Part shown: positions 13,399 through 27,555 of the stretch, piece by piece | Layout of the letters: every line of letters begins with the position of its first letter | Numbering within the stretch: the first letter of the stretch is position 1 | Source of the DNA: Octopus vulgaris | Lineage: Eukaryota | Length of the DNA: 64,000 nt | Assembly: GCA_951406725.2 (NCBI GenBank) | Contig: OX597814.1 | Coordinates: 53,506,001 to 53,570,000 of the forward strand | Direction of reading: 5' to 3' | The notes under the pieces: generated by a model | What the model saw: only the letters and a program-made list of their open reading frames with translations | What the model was told of the DNA's origin: nothing | Databases searched by the model: none | Position numbers and translations under genes: made by a program

Positions 13399-15822
13399 GA
13401 AATACTCAATATTTGATGTTTATATTTCACTATTAGAAGATGGTTAGTGATTCACGCCGTTGTTACTCGTTCATATTTCATGCTATTTGCCTTCAATAAC
13501 GCTACGTCAGTCTTTCTGTTGCCCGCCGACATCGTTTATACTTTTACAAACGTGTGTCATCAAGAAACATTAATCGTATTCAGAGAAAATGTATAGAATA
13601 ATACGTATTTCAATATACATTGTCAGTCTTTATTACATGTCCTTCGCATAGGTATATGTGCACCTGTGTTTGCGTGTGTGTGTGTATCTGTGCACATGGA
13701 TGGATGGATTTGGATTTGGATTTAAATAGCTTGTTAAACTTAAGTGAGAGAGAACAGAAACATATCTGTTTATGAAGCAACACCGAAATACTTGAAGACT
13801 TAGAATTTTACTTGCTTACAGTAGCTGATGGAATCTTGCTTCCACTCAAAAATAAACAATATTATACCACTAACAGGTCGGTGTGTTTTCTGCTGTAGCA
13901 TGCTTGATATCTATTCCAGCTCTTATATGAATAACATATGAATGACAACAGTTATATGAGGTGAATTTTATGTACAGATATCCATTTGCAAAACTTCAAA
14001 TAATATCAGGGGGTCAAGGAAGCCTCGAGAAACTGTCCCTTCTGTTAATGTTAAGTTAATCTTTAGACTGATGTTTCGAACAGCTAAGGGATTTATGAGA
14101 CTAAAGAATGTTTTCGTTTCTTAACCTAATGGACATCTCAAAAGAAAATTATTTACATCAATTATAATTCATCTTCTCAGAAAGCCCGGGTGTGTGTGCC
14201 TAGATGAACCATACATATATAATAAGGAAATGATTTAATGAGTTTTAATCAGCATCTTTTTTTGAGATTAATGAGATTTAATCAGCATCTAAGAATTCAT
14301 TATCGTTCGGTCATTCAACCTTGAAAGGGTAATAATTTCTCACTGATAACGTTGACATTAAAGTTAAATGCCTGTTATATAACTTAGTGCAATCAGATGC
14401 CTATAAATATGAATATAATCTAAAAACATGAATTAACTAATAACTTCTACTCTCTCTCGTGACCACTGGTCCATGAATATTATGTAGATATAGGATATCT
14501 AATCTTTTATGAAATTATAATGTCCCGTGTAGCAAGGCGATAGTCTGTTTCTTCAAAACTTGTATTTTTCATCTCCAGTAAGTGTATCACAGTATATATA
14601 ATATGTAACCATTTTCTAAATATGCGTCCAGGCAAAAGTATCAGTTGGTGACTAATACTGTTTCTCATTTTTCAGCTAGTATTAATACAGGTTGTTTAGT
14701 TTTATTATTGTTGTTGCTTTGTCCCGAGTCAATCCTGGTTAAGTAGATTTGTGAAAATTCAACCAGTCATATTCTTGTAAAAGCAGACATTCCAACCAGC
14801 CAACTTTTTGTAAATGCAGGACGAAGTTTTTGTCAGACGAAGATGTTTTATAAGATGAGTCGTTTGAGGAGAGATTATTTCCTATTTCTTGCAGGTGTTT
14901 TTTATTTATTTATTTACTTATTCATTTTTGTCCTTAGCAATGTATAGCCACTTTGTAACTTACTGAAGTAGTAGCTAATGGCAGGACATTTTTTTTTTGA
15001 AAAATAAGAGAACCTAAAACCCATCGACTAACATTTTTTCTTGCAATATATTTTATTTATTTTTAGCTTCTTAATGCTGCTTACATTAAATATCCTGCAA
15101 GCCACTTATCTCTAGCATCCTGATGGCGTCTCGGAATTATTGAATTTCTAAATAATTCCATTCCCTGTATCTGTTAAGTAATTCATGTCGCAAGTCAAGG
15201 CTCTTGCCTAATGGTAAAGTAATATGTTTATGATTTCTCACAGAACCATGTACAACACGTCAGTAACTATGATTGTTTCTTGACGTAAATGGGGAGGGCT
15301 AGATGACAAGGAAGGTGGAGTCTCTGAAAGCTTGAAACCAACCATTGTAAAATATGTTGTGTGTAGCTGTGTTTAGTTATACATGTGTATTTGAAAATAG
15401 TTTAAATTATCGTAAATGTCTATGTATAATACAGTACTATCTCTAAAACTCACCTCGATTCTTGAGCCTAAATTTCTAAAAACATCTGTAAGTTCATGTA
15501 AAATACGAAGGGATTCTCAACTTTATGACTAGATAATCTACTATAATCTAAAATACAAATTTTTTCTTAGTTCGTTTTATCTATATCTTGAACTGACGTA
15601 TAGACATCGTAAAATATATCCACGATATTTAAGAGCTCAATTGATAAGACATCGTTAAATTCTAATACAGTATTACATTATACTAAATCCAGGTGGAAAG
15701 CGCTTGCATCTATAAACAGAATCGGCTAAATCGATTGACATTTTTCTTGGTATGTGGTTACATATGTGTATTTTATATCAACATTCTTCCTATTTTTCTT
15801 CTTCTTATCATTATTATCAAGA

Positions 15823-16030
15823 CTGCAAGCTGGCAGAATCGCTAGCATGGCGGGCAAAATGCTTAACGGCATTTCATCTGTTTTTACGTTCAAGTTCCAC
15901 CGAGGTCGACTTTGCTCTTTATTCTTTCCGGGTCGATAAATTAAGTACCAGTGAAACACTGAGGTCGAAGCAGTCGACTAGTCTCCTCCATCCAAATTTC
16001 AGGCATTGTGCCTTTAGAAGAAAGGATTAT
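15823..16030 (+). mobile_element. SINE family A
   Basis: agctggcagaatcgctagc..cgaggtcgactttgc..gggtcgataaattaagtaccag. Confidence 0.85.
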
Positions 16031-16249
16031 TATTTGTGTTTGGAAAGAGAGTGCGCTTTTTCATGGCTCGCAAGTTTTCTTTGAAATTTGTTATTTGGTA
16101 TTCGAATTTTTGTTGGATTGCTTACTAGATAAGCCAGCTCGCTTTGCTTACAGCGTGTTGATTTGCTGAAAAATTAACTCTTTAAGGGTGTAAAGGGCGA
16201 ATTTTGAGATTTACAATTTGAAAGCCAATATTACAAAACAAAAATAGCA

Positions 16250-19200
16250 ATATCACTTCCCAGATCGAGGGCAATGCTGGTTGTTGGAACAGCCATTTTG
16301 GCATTATTTTCCGACTATATAGACAAGAGAAAAAAATCACAGACATCAACAACAGAAGCAGCAGCAGTAATGACGAGCAAGATAAAATTTTAAATCACAC
16401 AAGCACGTCTTCCACCATCGCCCCCAGCACCAACACCGACCCCACTACTACCACCACCACTACCAACACAAGCGTTACTACAATGGAAACTTACTGTTCC
16501 TATTTCTAAATGTAATGAGAACGGTTCACACAAACGTGTCTTCGACTGGAGAAAATCGACGTGTCAGAAAAAAAATAAAGCGTTGACTACAAAGCGCTCT
16601 TAACAAACAAAAGCAGAATAGTATTTCTAAACACGCCAGAAGAAATACAAGAAGATACTAGAAAAATAACTATTATCTACAAATGTAGATAATAGATAGA
16701 AGCGAGTGACGCAGTCCTTGACCGAAGAATGCCGAGGACCAACCTGGGGGATAAAAACATATGTTGACACAGCTGGGGTGAGATTCCCAACTGAAGAAAC
16801 ATCTGAAGAAAGTGCAACACCAACCTTCAAAAGTGAAGAAATGGGACTAATTCCAACCTATCTCGGGTGAAAAGTGGTTAAAATAAAGGCAGCAGAAGTA
16901 CCACCAGAAGTGGACATCTCTTTGCGGGGTAGCCGTTGTTTACGGAATAGAGAATAAAACAATAATTCTCCAAGTGCACAAAATGGAAACCAATATTGGA
17001 CTTGCACAGGTATGACACAGATCTATCAAGATAAGGAGGTTAGTTGATGGTCCTGGATGGGAACTGTTGGGACGGGGCTGCTTTGAGACTGGTTGCTACC
17101 TGTACTCCGACTCGGGAAGGACATCGGGATTTCTTCAGATATCTGAAGGTTTTACTGGGGATATCTTGAATTTTAGTGCTAATGGGTGACTGGGCTCGCC
17201 GTCTTTCACGCACGTTTAGATTGTGTTGGTCTAGATGTTCGAATAGGGTTTTAAAAGCCTTGCAGACCTATTCAGACGTTTTCAATTGTCTGACAGAAGC
17301 CGAGTGAACTTCCTGTATGTTCCAGTGGAGACGAACCACATCGGGTCATCTAGATAAAATTAGTCCGTAGGCCAATAGATAAGGATAGCATACTTTTCAA
17401 ATTCGTCGGCTACACAAACCACAAATTTATGATGTGCACGATCAGCCAGGACAAGCTTCGTAGGCAGATAAGGACCAAGTTACTGAAAGCTGAACACTCA
17501 ATCCCGGCTTTCTAAATTTACAGGAACCGGATTAGAGAATTAGTTAAGCGAGCGTTAACGGGTCGATCAACAACAAATGATGGTTTTCCCTAGAAAGAGC
17601 AATTAAAGTAGAATATAATAAGTTTAGTAAGGCATTAGTGATAGAAAGAAATAGAATAGATGGAAATTTAGAAGAGGCGCTTTGGAAAGGCAACGCAACC
17701 CACGTGCTGGCCGCAAGATTGGCCCTGGACCAATTCTTCAAAGCTAAGCATGAACATTGTCAGAGCTAATGAGCGTGCTCTAAGAGACTAAGGAACGAAA
17801 AACGCACGATGGACTCGTGTGAAAGAGGTGTAATGGGAAGACGAAGCTGCAATTCGGTTTTGAAAGGACCAAAACGGGCTCATGGTACTCAATCCCGAGC
17901 AGATGCGTGCGACATTTCAAAAGTACTTCGCTGAACTGTTTGGGACGAATGACAGTCTGGAAAGCAGGATAGACTTCAGCGCCTGCCTCGACGGTATCAC
18001 GACTCTCGACAAGGGAGGCGAAGCATTACGAAAGACCAGTAACAGTCATGGAAGTACGGGATGTGATGATGGACTGCACAAGTGGAAAATCGCCTGATTT
18101 GGATGGTCTGTTCTAAAAGTTTTAATTTTATATACCAGATCTGTTTGGCAATCCCTTAGCAGATATCTACCGCAACTGGCAACAGAACGGGAGAATTCCT
18201 AGCTCTGTGAACCAAGGAGCGGTGACAAGAGGCATCAAATAGAAATTTTTAGACTCCAGATGGAGCCTTCTCTCGTTTCTTCTGTATGTATTGACTCTAG
18301 AGAAATTGGAGGTGTTGAGAAACATCCTGCACGAACTAGGATGTCGGAGAACCGTGTCGGCATATGCCGACGACGTCACCCTCATTGTCGAACACCAGGC
18401 TAATTGACTTGATCAGCACTGCTCTAAAAGAATACGAAGCTCTGATAGGAGCAAAACTTAACCAAGAAAAATCAGCGGACTCGCAGCTCGGCACCTGATG
18501 AGGCAGTTCCGTGCTGTCTAATAATGTCGTAGGATAATAGACGGGGCGACCGGTTAAATTGCTCGGAGTGTAGTTTGATTCGGATCTCTAGGAGGAGAAC
18601 TGGGACGAGGTGACGGACAGGGCAGCCAATTACACCCAGAAATGGGTCGAAAGAAAGCCTGTCTCTGGAAGGTTGGGCAGAGATGACGAATGCATACACC
18701 TCCACCATGCCTTGCCCCAATTTTACGTCTGACCAAACTGGAACGCATACTCTTCCACTTTCTATGGATGTGACCAGGCGCTCTATTTTTGTCAACACCT
18801 GCTAAATGGAGGACTGGGAATGTCATGGCTGCTGATGCGCAGACATGCGATGAGACTACATTTCCAGCGTTTCCTTAACGGTAAGCAACTGTGGTCGGTA
18901 TTTGTCAGACTCGCCCTTCTGCAGCTTGTCTCTTTCATTGAGCTGCAGTCCTAGATCAAGCGTAGACCAAAGCAGGGTGCCTGGCACCTACAATGTCGCC
19001 ATGCGCTCGCAGTCCTTTGTCAGTTTGGCAATGCAGTCGATGGAAATTCAACTCTAGCGTTCTATAACAGGTCAATGACGGGCAAGTGCGACGACGTTCT
19101 CGGAACCTGTTGATAATTTTCAGAAATTCTTGACTTGACAATACTACCGGGAAGCATTGCTCTCCTGGCATGGAAGTACCGTCAGCCGGGCTTGCTTGAG

Positions 19201-20468
19201 ATGCGTGCAGTGAGACGAAACTGTTCTGCACGCTCTCGTCCCGTTCTCTAGCATTGCTGACTTGTGGGTTTATGTCGGACACTTGCTATCACGTATGGAA
19301 CGGATCTGGCTATCGGCTGAGTCCATACTGAAAATCGTTCGCCACCTTCCTTTAGCTGGAAGGGCAAGCGGTGTTTGCGAGATACGTTCAAAAGGTATCC
19401 GACCTTACTTTTCCCGTCAAAGCTAATTCCGCGTGGGCAAAATCCTTTGCATGGGAGGTGATGCCACCTTTCCCGCGTATGCGTGCATTTTTGCGGTGGC
19501 AGATGCGTCAGTTCCCGGATGTTACGCCTAGAGTACGAAGAAGTAGTGCCCGTCGGATCTTCGTTTTCACCCAATATGACGGAATGCATCGAGCAAAGAC
19601 CATAAACCCTTGACTTATCACCAGTGACGATGGTCCTCATGAAGTTTGGGTCGTGGTTTGCACAGTCCAGCTTGTCTTGCGCTATTTCTATGCGGAGTTG
19701 CCTGCTTCGCCAGCACCTTGGGAACGAATTTCGCCGACACTCTCTGCATTCACAAATCCTTCGTTAAAATGGAATGCACTACTCCTGTGCTTATTCACAC
19801 TCTGTGAACAATTTCCGGGATTGTTATTCTCAGTGAGCTCCTCGTTTTGGTTTGTGAATTTCAGACTAACTTTGTCTCACTCTCTACTGTGGTGTAGCTA
19901 TGTCTGAAAAGGTTGTCCCAACCCCTGATCTGAGTTTCCCCATGGCATCACCACTGAAATCCTGTTGAATCATCTGAATCGTTTGAGCTTGAGAATCACC
20001 AAGCTTTTGACAAACCTTAATGCAATATCTCTGATCGATACACGTCTATACTCTAATCGTAACTGCCGGGAACTGACACGGCATATCGCCGCGAAAATTT
20101 TCACGCATGCGCGAGAAGGGTAGCGTCACCTCGCACCCAAAGGATTTTGTCCATGAAGCATTAGTTTTGGCGGGGAAAAACAAACTTGGATACTTTTTGA
20201 ACACTCCTCGTATTTGTCTGGTGGCCTCGGAGAAAGAGGTTATAGGCAGACCAGGCTGAAAGGGTTGAAGGCAGATACTTTCCTCTTTAGCCAAGTCCTC
20301 ATCAACTTTTTTCACTTGCAAAGGAAATTGAGGGTACGAAAGTGATGTGTTGCCTCCCAGCAATTTTATTGAAAAGTGGGTGAATGATGTAAGAGAATGG
20401 TCCGAGTGATATTGCATTAAGTGTTTTTTTTTGTGAACCCTTAGTTATGAATAAAGAAAACTCAATAA

Positions 20469-20470
<2 letters not shown>
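16250..20470 (+). mobile_element. Decayed, internally deleted Tx1/L1-clade LINE interrupted by a mariner derivative
   Basis: APE remnants LRLVATCTP..DFF..LVLMGDW (~17080-17195), GKSPDLDG (~18084), VSAYADDVT (~18355-18380), zinc finger CM..DETVLHAL (~19200), and aataaa at 20449 before (ATT)n. Confidence 0.8.
19377..20211 (-). mobile_element. Non-autonomous mariner (Tc1/mariner) element with ~165-bp imperfect TIRs and a transposase fragment
   Basis: Left end cgagatacgttcaaaaggtatcc versus right-end reverse complement tacgaggagtgttcaaaaagtatcc. Internal minus-strand AKFVPKVL and DPNFMRTIVTGDKSRVYG (WVPHEL-like motif and first catalytic D). Confidence 0.85.
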
Positions 20471-20520
<50 letters not shown>

Positions 20521-20549
20521 CATTATTATTATTATTACTATCATCATCA

Positions 20550-20610
<61 letters not shown>
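20471..20610. repeat. (ATT)n/(ATC)n microsatellite
   Basis: Seen directly. Confidence 0.97.
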
Positions 20611-20612
<2 letters not shown>

Positions 20613-21682
20613 GTATACGGAAGTGTCATATATCATTCTAGAATAGGTGGATTATGAACCAGTTTTAGCAGATGAAAATTATTGCTCTTTGGCTTATCTA
20701 ATTGTTGGGCTGGTCATACGCCTATCTCAGTACCTGAGGTAGACAGGGCGTTTATTTATTTTTTATTTTTTAAATTTTTTCCGTAATTTTATCGTATTTG
20801 CAATTATTTTCCTATGGTTTCCTCAACAGAAAAGCAGTAAGAGTTAATAACAGAAAGGAAGAAGCATTGAATACACCAGTATGAAATAAAACTGTCATTT
20901 AATCTTCGAGAACATAAAAACAAATTTTATAATAAGATAAACAGAATTTAATAGATAAACGGGGAAAATGACAATAGAATAGATACAATCTCAAATAGAA
21001 ACAATTATCGTTTAACATCTAAAAACTCAAATTTGCAAAGTATAAACAAAATTAACGACAGCAGTCATGTACATACGCAAACACACGTGCGAGATTCACC
21101 AAGCGAAGGAACGAGTAAAAGCTTCCAATTGAGGAACAGGAAAAGTGTTTCCATACTGTCTTCTTTTCCTTGGAGCTATCTCCAGCAAACCGTCTATGGA
21201 TATGAATTATCTGGCGAGAAAAGTTCGCTTAGAAAAGCTGTGTTTCAAAGGAAAGTACATCAAAGCCTCAGTTCCTTATCAATCAGCGAGAAATATATAG
21301 GAAATTACTTACTATTATTGCTCCGAAGACATATAGGGGATTTTCGCGGGTCTCAAAAGAGTAATTGTAAACATCTCTTTTTGTCGAGTGCAATAACTTA
21401 TCGGTGAGGGGAAAAAAGCTGTGAAGGAGATGAAGGCTGGAAAGGAATAAAAGTATTAAAAGAGAGAAAGAAAGAAACAGGTTCTTGGAGTGTAATGGCA
21501 GATCAGAAAAACACATTGTCTTTTACAGGGTTATATATTCTGGTAAATTCTACAACAGAAATGAAGAGAGATTTAGAGATAAAGTGATATATTTCAATGT
21601 CAAATTGGATTATTTTTATCATTAATATTATTAAAATAGTTAATAGCTGTACATATATGTTTATATACGCACGCAAACACAC

Positions 21683-21683
<1 letters not shown>

Positions 21684-21778
<95 letters not shown>
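21684..21778. repeat. (AGAT)n microsatellite
   Basis: Seen directly. Confidence 0.97.
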
Positions 21779-22489
21779 TTTCCGAAGCCCATCATGTATG
21801 TGTGTGTAAGAATGTGTGTGTGTGTGCTGCATGTCAATATAAATACCATGTCGCATAACTCTAAACTATTTCATACTGGGAAGTTGGTGTCATATTCGGA
21901 ATGCCGTAATACATTTATGCATACATTTTAGACGTAACGCAGGGAAACGATGTTAATTTAAGTGGAATGACTTGAGATGAAGTTCTGAATAAAAATTTCA
22001 ATATGATAGTCGACTGCATCACTAAGAGCCTCGTTACTTGATAGGTTAATAAATATGTCACCATACCTAAATACAACGCCATAAATTTACAGAGGTAAGA
22101 ATAAAGCTTTATGACTTTCATTTCTTATTTCTATATAAATTAGATTGCCATTCTTTCAACTAGAAATCAATCTGCCGCCGGCATACCTCTTACGCTTCTA
22201 TTCTCGCTACATTGATATAAAGTAGCTTTGAAATTTTACGTTTCATAAATTTTATTTCGAATTTGATGCATGAATTTATGATTTGGGGGGCAGGGTTACA
22301 TTATATGAAAAATAACATTGGTCTTCGATTTTGCCCCTTAATTGATACGTTATTGATACTGTCAAAATCGAACTTATTTCTTGATGTTGAAAATTTCGCT
22401 ATGATTTCGTTCCAAGTTGAGAGCTACAAAGTGGAAAACTCGAACGCACAAACGCCATAGCAGCAAACTAACAATGTAGACAGTAATTG

Positions 22490-22875
22490 TTTCCAATTCA
22501 GGTACAAGGCCAGCAGTTTTGACGGAAAGGAGTTTGTCCGATTAAATTGACTTCGATTGTCTAAAAAGCAACGTTGACCATGGTCGGATTTGAACCCGAC
22601 TCATAAAGAGATGGAACAAATATTGCACAGATCTTTTTCCCTTATGCTCTAACGTTTTTGCCAATCTAACCACATTATACTATGCATAAAGGGTGAAGAG
22701 GTTAACCGATTCCATCGACCTAAGTATTTAACTAGCACTTCATTTCATCGACCCTGGAAGAATGAAGAACAAAGTTAGTCTCGGCATGATTTGAACTCGG
22801 GACGTAAACTGATGTAACAAACACTGCAAGGTACTTTTTCCAACGCTTTAATGATTCTGCCAGCTCACCTCCTCA
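22490..22875 (-). mobile_element. Two old tandem SINE family A copies
   Basis: Degenerate reverse complements of the SINE-A tail, core and head (..atcgaccctggaagaatgaag..tttgaactc..gattctgccagctcacc). Confidence 0.65.
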
Positions 22876-23735
22876 GTAGTGTAAATAATAATGAGACATG
22901 ATTAATGACGCTACTAGAATGTCGATAGGTCTTATTAATTCAGAATAACGCTAATCTGAAGCAACTTTCTTTTCTCTTAATCACTTGTCCAAATCTCTGC
23001 TTCCTAACTAAAATTATACGTGTAATACAACTAAATGAACAGAGAAAATTTGAAGATAATCAGCTTAAGTGGATATTTAAAAGACAGTTGAGTGATGTAC
23101 TATTTTATAAATTTATGAAATGGAATATTTAGTGGAATTGGAGTGGGAATTTAATCGAAATGACAGATAATTGCTTTCTGGGCAAATTTATAACATATTT
23201 TGTCTTTAGTTGTATTTTCTGTTTCATCTCCAATAAAAGTAATCAATATTTATATTGTGCAGTCAAGAAATGACTTGGAGAAATACAGCTGTTAGAATAT
23301 AAGAGAACGAATGGTTTAGAAGAGTTTTTTCTTAAACAAGGTTGTTGTATGCGTCTACATTATGGAGTTGGTGCCTTAAACTTAGAGGATCAACTTACAT
23401 AACTAGGGTGCCAAATATGCAGCCATTCAGACATCAAGGATATTACTTCGGATGTAATATTAAGTCATCGAATACTTGTAATATATCCCAAATTCTAAAG
23501 CAGTTTTTAAAATATGGTCCTTGTTTTAAAGATAACAGGATGTGTGTATGTGTGTTACATGATCAGGTCGACTTAGCAGAAGCTCCCCGCAGAATTATTT
23601 TAACAAGGGTGAGGCTAGATATTTATATATTCCAAGTGCATCTCTTTTAAGCATTTATCATAATATTTCGAGGCTGACCAAAGCCTTGTTAGTAGATTTA
23701 GTAGACGGATATATATATATATATATATATGTATG

Positions 23736-23799
<64 letters not shown>

Positions 23800-24609
23800 A
23801 GAGTTAACAGAGGAGATCGAGAGAGTTTCAATATAGAAAACACTTTGTAGCTCTCAAATGATTTGAACTTACACTCCGATAACTTCATCGGGGACCAAGT
23901 AAGCAGGGTAAAGAGCTGTAAGCGGAATCTAAGTGAGCAGATGCGGAGACAATGATTCAAATAAGCAGATAAAACCTTGGATTTTAATGTACGAAATATA
24001 TATACATGTATACATATAAAAAGAGAAGGCAGACTCAAAATTTTCAGATGATAATGAGCAAACTTACTCAGATTACATATATTCAAAGAATTAGAGGGGA
24101 GAAGGCGTTACGAGTCAGACAACTGTTTCTGCGGTTTCGGATTTACTTCATAATGTTAGAAGATGTAGTTGATAAAAAATTTGCATTCAGTAATCGAATA
24201 GAGAGGTGTCTAACGGTTAGACTCACTCTCTCTCCCCATATATGTGTGTGTGCGTGTGTGTGTATGTGTGTATGTGTGTGTGTGTTTGTGTGTGTGCGCT
24301 TGTTTACGCCCCCGTAATCTAACGGTTTGTCAAAAGAAGCCGATAGAATAAGTAGCAGGCTTAAAAATAATCACTGAGATTGATTCTTTCGACTAAATCC
24401 CTTCAGTGCGGTACCCCAGTATGACTGCAGTTCAGTGAAACAAAAGATAAAAGTTAAAAGACTGTATATAAAAGACTCCAACATTGATAGACAGTGTTCA
24501 TCCATTTGGTATCTTTAGTGTAGGTTAATTTCATTTGATTGGGAATATATGTCTGTCATGTTTTGTACCTAAAAATTAATTGGTTTGGTATTTAATTTAT
24601 TGTATTATA

Positions 24610-24815
24610 CACGAGTAAGTACGGTATTTGCAGCGGTATTAACTGCTACAATTCATGCATCTACAAATGTTATCCATGTAGCCAACATCCATTACCTTGT
24701 CAATTCTCAAGTGCATGTCTAGCTGTTCAAATTCTATAGATTGTATGTGAATATACAGCCAAAAACACCACTTCGATGGTTACTAACTTGCATACGAACC
24801 ACTCTGTCATCTCAA
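24610..24815 (+). pseudogene. Decayed EGF-like repeat plus stalk exon (MEGF10/CED-1-like receptor?)
   Basis: KYGI[CSGI]NCYNSCIYKCYPCSQHPLPCQFSSACL..*IVCEYTAKNTTSMVTN. The Cys spacing resembles YGxNCxxxCxxxC. In-frame TAG at 24737, no clean acceptor. Confidence 0.35.
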
Positions 24816-25330
24816 GTATCAAACTAAAATTTTCAGACTGAGTATATATTCTCTAAAAAGTATATCCGTTCTCTCAGCATGCCGAACATATAGAATCGGG
24901 TTTTAAAATTTCTCTCTAGTTTGCAATATATAATAACTGTATAGACTTAAGCAACATCCATAGAATTTATCACTAAAATAAAGTAACTTCTTTAAAGATA
25001 TCCTTATATACTTTTCTGTTTCTACTCAAGTAAAAATTTTAAAACAGGCTAAAGAAACAATAAACAACAACTAAAAATAATAAAATTCGTCTTTACATAC
25101 TGAATAAATGTGCTAAAATATTTATAATATATTTAATATTCGATTTGTCATCGTGTTATGAATATATAACTAAACCTGGAATCTTAGTTCTAAACCATGA
25201 AAGAAATTTGGAAAAAAAAGGGACAAAATGTTTGAAAAGAGAAATTCTGTAGAAATCATGACAAGATTTTCAATATATGATGATAGTAACAATGGATTAA
25301 ATTTCTTTACTTGTGTATCCAAACTTGCAG

Positions 25331-25382
25331 GCGACATTATCTCCAATTCAGGAATTATTTTGTCTGTCCGTTTTGCATGCTT

Positions 25383-25476
<94 letters not shown>

Positions 25477-25533
25477 TGTGTGTGTGTGTGTGTGTGTATA
25501 AAGGTTGAATGTGGATTCGTCCTTTAATTGGAG
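25331..25533 (+). pseudogene. Possible transmembrane exon interrupted by a (TA)n(TG)n microsatellite
   Basis: cttgcag|(x)DIISNSGIILSVRFACF[IY/VC repeat]IKVECGFVL-(frameshift)NWR|gt; weak donor. Confidence 0.25.
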
Positions 25534-25790
25534 GTTTCCAAAAAAAAAACTAATGTTGATTCTTCATACTTTGCTGAGAATTTACAGGCATAAATTTGCG
25601 AAGATATGCAAGTAGTATTTGTATATAATGTATGATGAATTTATGGAATGAAGTTCCATAAATCCCATCAGTTTCGTTAAAAATGAAGGAAACAAGTTGT
25701 TGAAATTTATAACTTTTAATTAAACTTCTAAAAAATTTTAACAACTTGTTTCCTCCATTTTTATCGAAATTGATTAGATTCATCATGCAT

Positions 25791-25875
<85 letters not shown>

Positions 25876-25879
25876 GTAC

Positions 25880-26518
25880 ATATATATGGAAAGAAGAAAC
25901 GTATTCCCACCTAGGAGAAAATATAAGAGAATTTGCACCTGAATCTAAAAAACGTATAGTCGTTTTTAAATAGATTTATTCACATACCAAAACTAGTTGC
26001 GCCAATTTTGGCTTATCAATGGTACAGGTATATATTTAGAAAAAAGGTGGGATTAGGAGAGTTTAAAATTATAAGGTAAAAATTAGCAAACATGTTTAAG
26101 CCATGAAGTAGTCAAATGTTCACAGAAATTTCAATGAGTTTCACAGGGATAGATAGTAATAATGTAAATGCTCGGCGCAGATCATAACAAATGTACTTTA
26201 TTGAAAGTTCAGTCATGTTGAGTTTTAATAAAATCAGTGGAGAACAAAGAGAAAAAAGTGGAGAGAAAGAAAAACAGTTTTTTTTTTTTTTTTTTTTACA
26301 ATTTCTGTCGTGGTGCGTGTAGTTCTTTTTATCAATTTCAGTCTCAGTGAACTGTTCTGTTCATCCTTCACGGCTTTCACTAGCTGAATACCAAACCGTT
26401 CGCCGGTAGGCTGCGTTTTGATGCAGTGGTGATGACTCTCTCAAAGTGCCGGGTGTTAAAACACCTGAAGTCATAGGCAGGAGAGAAAATTCATCTTGTG
26501 TCCCATTCAGGAGCGATG
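25880..26518 (-). mobile_element. Probable Penelope-like remnant with a decayed hammerhead
   Basis: The minus strand at 25985-26026 reads gtacca-ttgataa-gccaa aa ttggc-gcaa-ctag-tt-ttggtat, giving hammerhead geometry with core mutations. A PLE N-terminus-like reading lies near 26340-26500. Confidence 0.35.
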
Positions 26519-26532
26519 GGTATCGATTTTTC

Positions 26533-26765
26533 AAGGCGGCGAGCTGGCAGAAACGTTAGCACGCCGGGCGAAATGCGTAGCCGTATTTCGTCTGCCGTTA
26601 CGTTCTGAGTTCAAATTCCGCCGAGGTCGACTTTGCCTTTCATCCTTTTGGGGTCGATTAAATAAGTACCAGTTACGCACTGGGGTCGATGTAATCGACT
26701 TAATATGTGTGTCTGTCCTTGTTCGTCCCCTCTGTGTTTAGCCCCTTGTGGGTAATGAAGAAACA
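26533..26765 (+). mobile_element. Young full-length SINE family A with a 14-bp TSD
   Basis: TSD ggtatcgatttttc at 26519-26532 and 26766-26779. Confidence 0.95.
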
Positions 26766-27181
26766 GGTATCGATTTTTCGCCATTTTGTGGCATGGCAGA
26801 AGTCTAATGATAGAAACATAAAAGATAGAAGATGCGTGGGTGTGTGTGCGTGCTCTCGTGCGTGCGTGTGTGTATTCGTGTGCTCATGTGTGTTATAAGA
26901 ATCAAAAATCAAAACCACGACTATTTTGCATCCTAGTCAATGTTAACTGCAGTAAACATTCTAAATTCTACTAAATACATTCAATACTCTTTTTCTCTTA
27001 TGCAATTTTAGTTAAAGGAGGGACACTTTCATATCCTCGCACACACAGAAATGCCCTTTTAGCTATTGAACTGAGGAATACAGTAGATTGAATCGAAATC
27101 AGAAAACTAGCTGTATTTAATCGAATAAGAGGTTAAACTACATTAAATATAGTTATTTCTCTCTCCCTCCCCCTTTGTCTA

Positions 27182-27236
<55 letters not shown>

Positions 27237-27555
27237 CACAGTTTGACTCACCACTGCATTGCTTGAAGTTTTGTGAGCACAGAAAAGGTCCACCTCATCA
27301 GATGTTCGGTGATTATCTCCAAACATTTGCTAAAGTTCACGTGTTCTACGCCATGGAACCTTAAAATAATGTGAAGCTGAGTCAAACTATTATTAATGCC
27401 TGTATCTCCAGACAAAATACACCTACAAGAAATATTAATTGTTCGAAAATTTTCCGAAGCAAGGATTTGTTGGAAAACCTATATATGACTTTCATGTTGA
27501 CTAAAATATTTCTTGGTTTCACAAATCATGTTTCTAAGATACACCAGAAGATACC

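Noticed and set aside
9091-13876. Plus-strand exon-like segments 9091/9118-9175, 9520-9599 and 13822-13876
   Set aside because: Splice sites are plausible, but the phases do not chain and the peptides are unrecognisable. This is expected by chance in AT-rich DNA.
23845-23895. Hammerhead-like remnants here and at ~27270-27305 and ~29010-29050
   Set aside because: Too many core substitutions to support a call.
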